This document shows, piece after piece, positions 60,619-64,000 of a stretch of 64,000 nucleotides of DNA; the stretch's first letter is position 1, and each line of letters begins with the position of its first letter. The DNA is taken from contig CAUWAY010000001.1 in assembly GCA_963556905.1 (NCBI GenBank), forward strand, positions 89,720 through 153,719, read 5' to 3'. The notes beneath the pieces are model-generated. The model searched no databases and was not told the DNA's origin. It was given only the letters and a program-made list of their open reading frames with translations. This DNA comes from an uncultured Clostridia bacterium (GTDB lineage: Bacteria > Bacillota > Clostridia > TANB77 > CAG-508). A program made the translations under genes and the position numbers.

Positions 60619-61980
60619 TTATTTTATTCCAAGTTTTCTTAATGCTTCTCCTATATTTTTTACTCCTATTATATCTAATTTATATTCATCTTTCAAGCCT
60701 TTTTTATTATTTTCTGGAATTATGCATGTCTTAAATCCTAGTTTTTCCGCTTCTTTTAGTCTTTTTTCGATTAAATTTATTCTTCTTACTTCTCCTGTTA
60801 AACCAACTTCTCCCATTATTACTGTATTTTGAGGAATTGGCATGTTTTTATATGATGATGCGACTGTTGCTATAATTCCTAAGTCTACAGCTGGTTCATT
60901 TAATTTCATTCCTCCTGCTATATTTAAGTATACATCTTGTCCTCCCAATGCTAGTCCTGCACGTTTTTCTATTACTGCAATTAGTACTGCAAGTCTATTA
61001 TAGTCAAATCCGTTTGCTGTTCTTTTTGGTATTCCAAATACTGATTGTGATGTTAATGCTTGAATTTCTACAAGTATTGGTCTTGTTCCTTCCATGCTTG
61101 CAACAATACATGAGCCAGGTGGATTGTCTTCTCTTTCTGTTATTAGTATGTCTGACGGATTCAATACTTCACACATTCCTTCTTGTTTCATTTCAAACAT
61201 TCCTATTTCATTTGTTGAACCAAATCTGTTTTTTACAGCTCTTAATATTCTGTATGTATTATATCTTTCTCCTTCTAAGTATAATACAGTGTCTACCATG
61301 TGTTCTAATACTCTTGGCCCTGCTATGTTTCCTTCTTTTGTTACATGTCCTATTATTATTGTTGTAATTTGTTGCGACTTACATATTCTCATTATTTGTG
61401 CTGTTATTTCTCTTACTTGACTTACACTTCCTGCCGCTGCTGATATTTCGTCTGAATACATTGTTTGTATTGAATCTATTATTACTAATTTAGGTTTTGT
61501 TTCTTCTATTGCTTCTTTTACAACATCTATATCTGTTTCTCCTAAAAATAATAAGTCTTTATTTTTTACTTCTAATCTGTCTGCTCTTAATTTTATTTGT
61601 TCTGCTGATTCTTCTCCTGATACATATAATACTTTTCCTTCTCCTTGCACTTTTTCACATAATTGCAAAATTAGGGTTGATTTTCCTATTCCTGGTTCTC
61701 CTCCAAGTAATATTAATGAGCCTTTTACTAATCCTCCTCCTAATACTCTGTCTAATTCTAAATATCCTGTTGATGTTCTGTTTGCTTCTTGCCCTATATA
61801 TGTATTTAATGGTTTTGGCATGTTGTTTATCTTTTTTTCTATTTTGTTTTCTTCTGTGTATTTTTCTATTTTTTGTTCATAAAATGTGTTCCAACTGTTA
61901 CATGCTGGACATTTTCCTAACCATTTTGGTGATTCATTTCCACATTCACTGCATACAAATATTGTTTTTGGTTTTGCCAT
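60619..61980 (-). CDS. radA: DNA repair protein RadA/Sms
   Basis: C4 zinc finger, GEPGIGKS, KNRFG. Confidence 0.97.
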   Translation of the reverse strand: MAKPKTIFVCSECGNESPKWLGKCPACNSWNTFYEQKIEKYTEENKIEKKINNMPKPLNTYIGQEANRTSTGYLELDRVLGGGLVKGSLILLGGEPGIGKSTLILQLCEKVQGEGKVLYVSGEESAEQIKLRADRLEVKNKDLLFLGETDIDVVKEAIEETKPKLVIIDSIQTMYSDEISAAAGSVSQVREITAQIMRICKSQQITTIIIGHVTKEGNIAGPRVLEHMVDTVLYLEGERYNTYRILRAVKNRFGSTNEIGMFEMKQEGMCEVLNPSDILITEREDNPPGSCIVASMEGTRPILVEIQALTSQSVFGIPKRTANGFDYNRLAVLIAVIEKRAGLALGGQDVYLNIAGGMKLNEPAVDLGIIATVASSYKNMPIPQNTVIMGEVGLTGEVRRINLIEKRLKEAEKLGFKTCIIPENNKKGLKDEYKLDIIGVKNIGEALRKLGIK

Positions 61981-62152
61981 TCTTTTTTCCTTTCTTTTTT
62001 GCTTTCTTTTGTTTTTCGTATTATATAATATTTTTTTTGTAAAATCAATGTTTCTTACAAAAAAGTGTTTGTCTTTGTTTTTTCTTACTTGGCATTTATT
62101 TCCTTTGATTTTGTTTGTTTTTTTATGTTATTATATTTGTGAGGTGAATGTT

Positions 62153-62398
62153 ATGAATAAAATTATTTTAGAATTAAAAAAATTAGACAAAGTTACATAT
62201 AAAATTATGCAATATGGTTTACTATTTTCTGCATTTGTTGCTATTATCGCTGTTTTTGTTTTACTTGCTTATATTTTCACTGGTTCTGTTTCTTTTTTCC
62301 ATTTTGGTTTGATTTTACTTAAATCTAGCTTTTCGTTTGCTGTTGAGTTTATTGTTTGTGGTTTTGTTGTTGATTTTATTAGGAAAAGTTCTTTATAA
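62153..62398 (+). CDS. Small membrane protein
   Basis: 81 aa with two TM helices, GAGGTG RBS. Confidence 0.6.
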   Translation: MNKIILELKKLDKVTYKIMQYGLLFSAFVAIIAVFVLLAYIFTGSVSFFHFGLILLKSSFSFAVEFIVCGFVVDFIRKSSL

Positions 62399-62549
62399 TA
62401 CAGTAATTGTTCAAAGTAAAAGAAGCTTGATATTTCAAGCTTCTAATGTATTTTATAAGTGGAGCCACTAGGAAATTTGCTTTTTTAGTAAACACTATAT
62501 TTTCTAGTAGTTCAAAGGTATTTTTACTATTTTAATGTAATTTTACCAT

Positions 62550-62987
62550 TTAATCTTTATAATAAGAATATATTACACTGTCTTTTAATGGTTCTCTACT
62601 TCTCGCATCTCTTGGTAATCCATCTCTAGCCTCATTCCAAGGCCACTCATTATGAGTTAAATCTTCTAGTTGATTTCCTGTATATCTTCCATATATGTTT
62701 ATAATTATATCTAAAAAATCCTTTGTAGTGTCACATAAATTTTCTTGTCGAGTCCAAAAATTATTTCTATTATAAGTCATTTCCTCATATAATTCATAAA
62801 AAACTGGACCATGTATCCAAGCTTCTGGATGCTGCATTACAAGCCTATTCGTAATGTTATTAGGATTCTCATTATTTTTTACTATATACCAACAATATGC
62901 ATAATAAGTTATTTTTTGAACTTGCTTATCTGAAAAAAGAGGATTTTTTCTTAAAATATATCTTGCTACATCAAATAAATTCTCCAT
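62550..62987 (-). CDS. Panacea (DUF4065/SocA-like) antitoxin
   Basis: QKITYYAY.W, EAWIHGPV, LEDLTH.E.PW. Confidence 0.85.
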   Translation of the reverse strand: MENLFDVARYILRKNPLFSDKQVQKITYYAYCWYIVKNNENPNNITNRLVMQHPEAWIHGPVFYELYEEMTYNRNNFWTRQENLCDTTKDFLDIIINIYGRYTGNQLEDLTHNEWPWNEARDGLPRDARSREPLKDSVIYSYYKD

Positions 62988-62988
62988 A

Positions 62989-63642
62989 TTAACCAACCTC
63001 CTCATTATTATAACCTTTCACAAATTCTTCTCCATTTTGTGTTAATATTATAAAGTTTCCATCTTCAGTATATCCAATAATATTTAAGTATCTTAAATTG
63101 TACAATACTTCTTCTACTTTTTTAGAGATAAATTCTTCTTTTCTCTTTTTCCCCATATTCCTAATTGTTTTATTATAATATTCTTTCATACTATGTTCAA
63201 ATATTTCTATTTTAATTTTATTATTACTTCTTACAAATTGTAATAAATCTCTTGAATGCTTATTAGTAACTTGGTATGCTGAAAAATATCTTAAACTTTC
63301 TCTTTCGCTAATTATCTCTTTTACTTCGCAATTTTCACACTTATTGTCTTGTTTAATTCCTCCTTTAATAATTTGTTCTTTAGCCTCTTCTTTTACCTCT
63401 TTAGCGATTTTACTTATTTCGTTTCTGTGTAATGAATTATCTATATGCTTAATCTGTAACTCACTATCGCCTTTTTTGTATAAAAAGTCAAAATTTGATG
63501 CTATTTTATAAAAAATATCTGGTATACTAACATTAGATTCATACAATATTAATAATGAAAATGCCCCAACAATTATGATATTGAAAAATTTAAAAATTCT
63601 ATTACATTGCTCTAATTGCCCTATATTTTCAATTATTCCCAT
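62989..63642 (-). CDS. Membrane-associated hypothetical protein with C-terminal winged helix-like region
   Basis: 217 aa ORF directly upstream of the Panacea gene. Confidence 0.6.
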   Translation of the reverse strand: MGIIENIGQLEQCNRIFKFFNIIIVGAFSLLILYESNVSIPDIFYKIASNFDFLYKKGDSELQIKHIDNSLHRNEISKIAKEVKEEAKEQIIKGGIKQDNKCENCEVKEIISERESLRYFSAYQVTNKHSRDLLQFVRSNNKIKIEIFEHSMKEYYNKTIRNMGKKRKEEFISKKVEEVLYNLRYLNIIGYTEDGNFIILTQNGEEFVKGYNNEEVG

Positions 63643-64000
63643 TTTTAATAAATTATTTGCAATTATTGTATAAATAAATGGTAATATAAGTACAACAATG
63701 ACACATAATGTTATTGTATAGATAAATCCAGTTCTTTTTAATATATTTTTTTCTTTAGTTACTGTTATATTTTGTAACTTTTTTATCTTAATCCCCCTCT
63801 TACTATGTTTTTTATATTATATTATATTATAGTAAGATGTAAATAAAATAACACTGTAATTATTGATTTTACTGCGTTACAATGATTCTTGTATATAATA
63901 ATTATTATAAATTGTTGTAACGGTTGATATTACTGACTTTTAGGAATTATTGTTTATATATGAACTAGTAAGCTAATGCACTATAAACACTAAATAATAC

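Noticed and set aside
143-62042. Numerous plus-strand Leu/Phe-rich ORFs in the track
   Set aside because: Antisense shadows of real AT-rich minus-strand genes

Overview
Very AT-rich Firmicute (probably Clostridia) DNA. Bases 1 to ~36245 are the right-hand part of a temperate siphovirus prophage of A118-like organisation: tail, head, packaging, late activator, replication, cro/cI and a large serine integrase. It appears to be inserted into, and to truncate, a host peptidase M15-type gene. Bases ~36245-64000 are host chromosome: RluA enzymes, an rRNA methyltransferase, uvrC, glmS with its ribozyme, an M23 peptidase, a sensor kinase, a 3-module NRPS with a terminal reductase, a cyclophilin, disA, radA and a Panacea-type TA pair. 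Main discovery: eight prophage genes, several essential (tail spike, tape measure, two head-tail proteins, small terminase, late activator, SF2 helicase, AAA ATPase), are each broken by exactly one extra base. Every break lies at an in-frame CGG codon, and skipping the C restores a Gly codon (C-GGA x7, C-GGT x1) and the long frame, with recognisable family motifs at several sites. By manual scan these are the only in-frame CGG codons in the prophage genes. This suggests a codon-triggered +1 recoding system (CGGN read as Gly). Also noted: a tRNA-like ncRNA with two T-loops and an 8-nt anticodon-like loop, repeated antisense-RNA/anti-RBS switch cassettes, a nut-like 14-mer, a Com-like zinc ribbon beside a sequestered RBS, a Tad2-like protein and a candidate type I TA.
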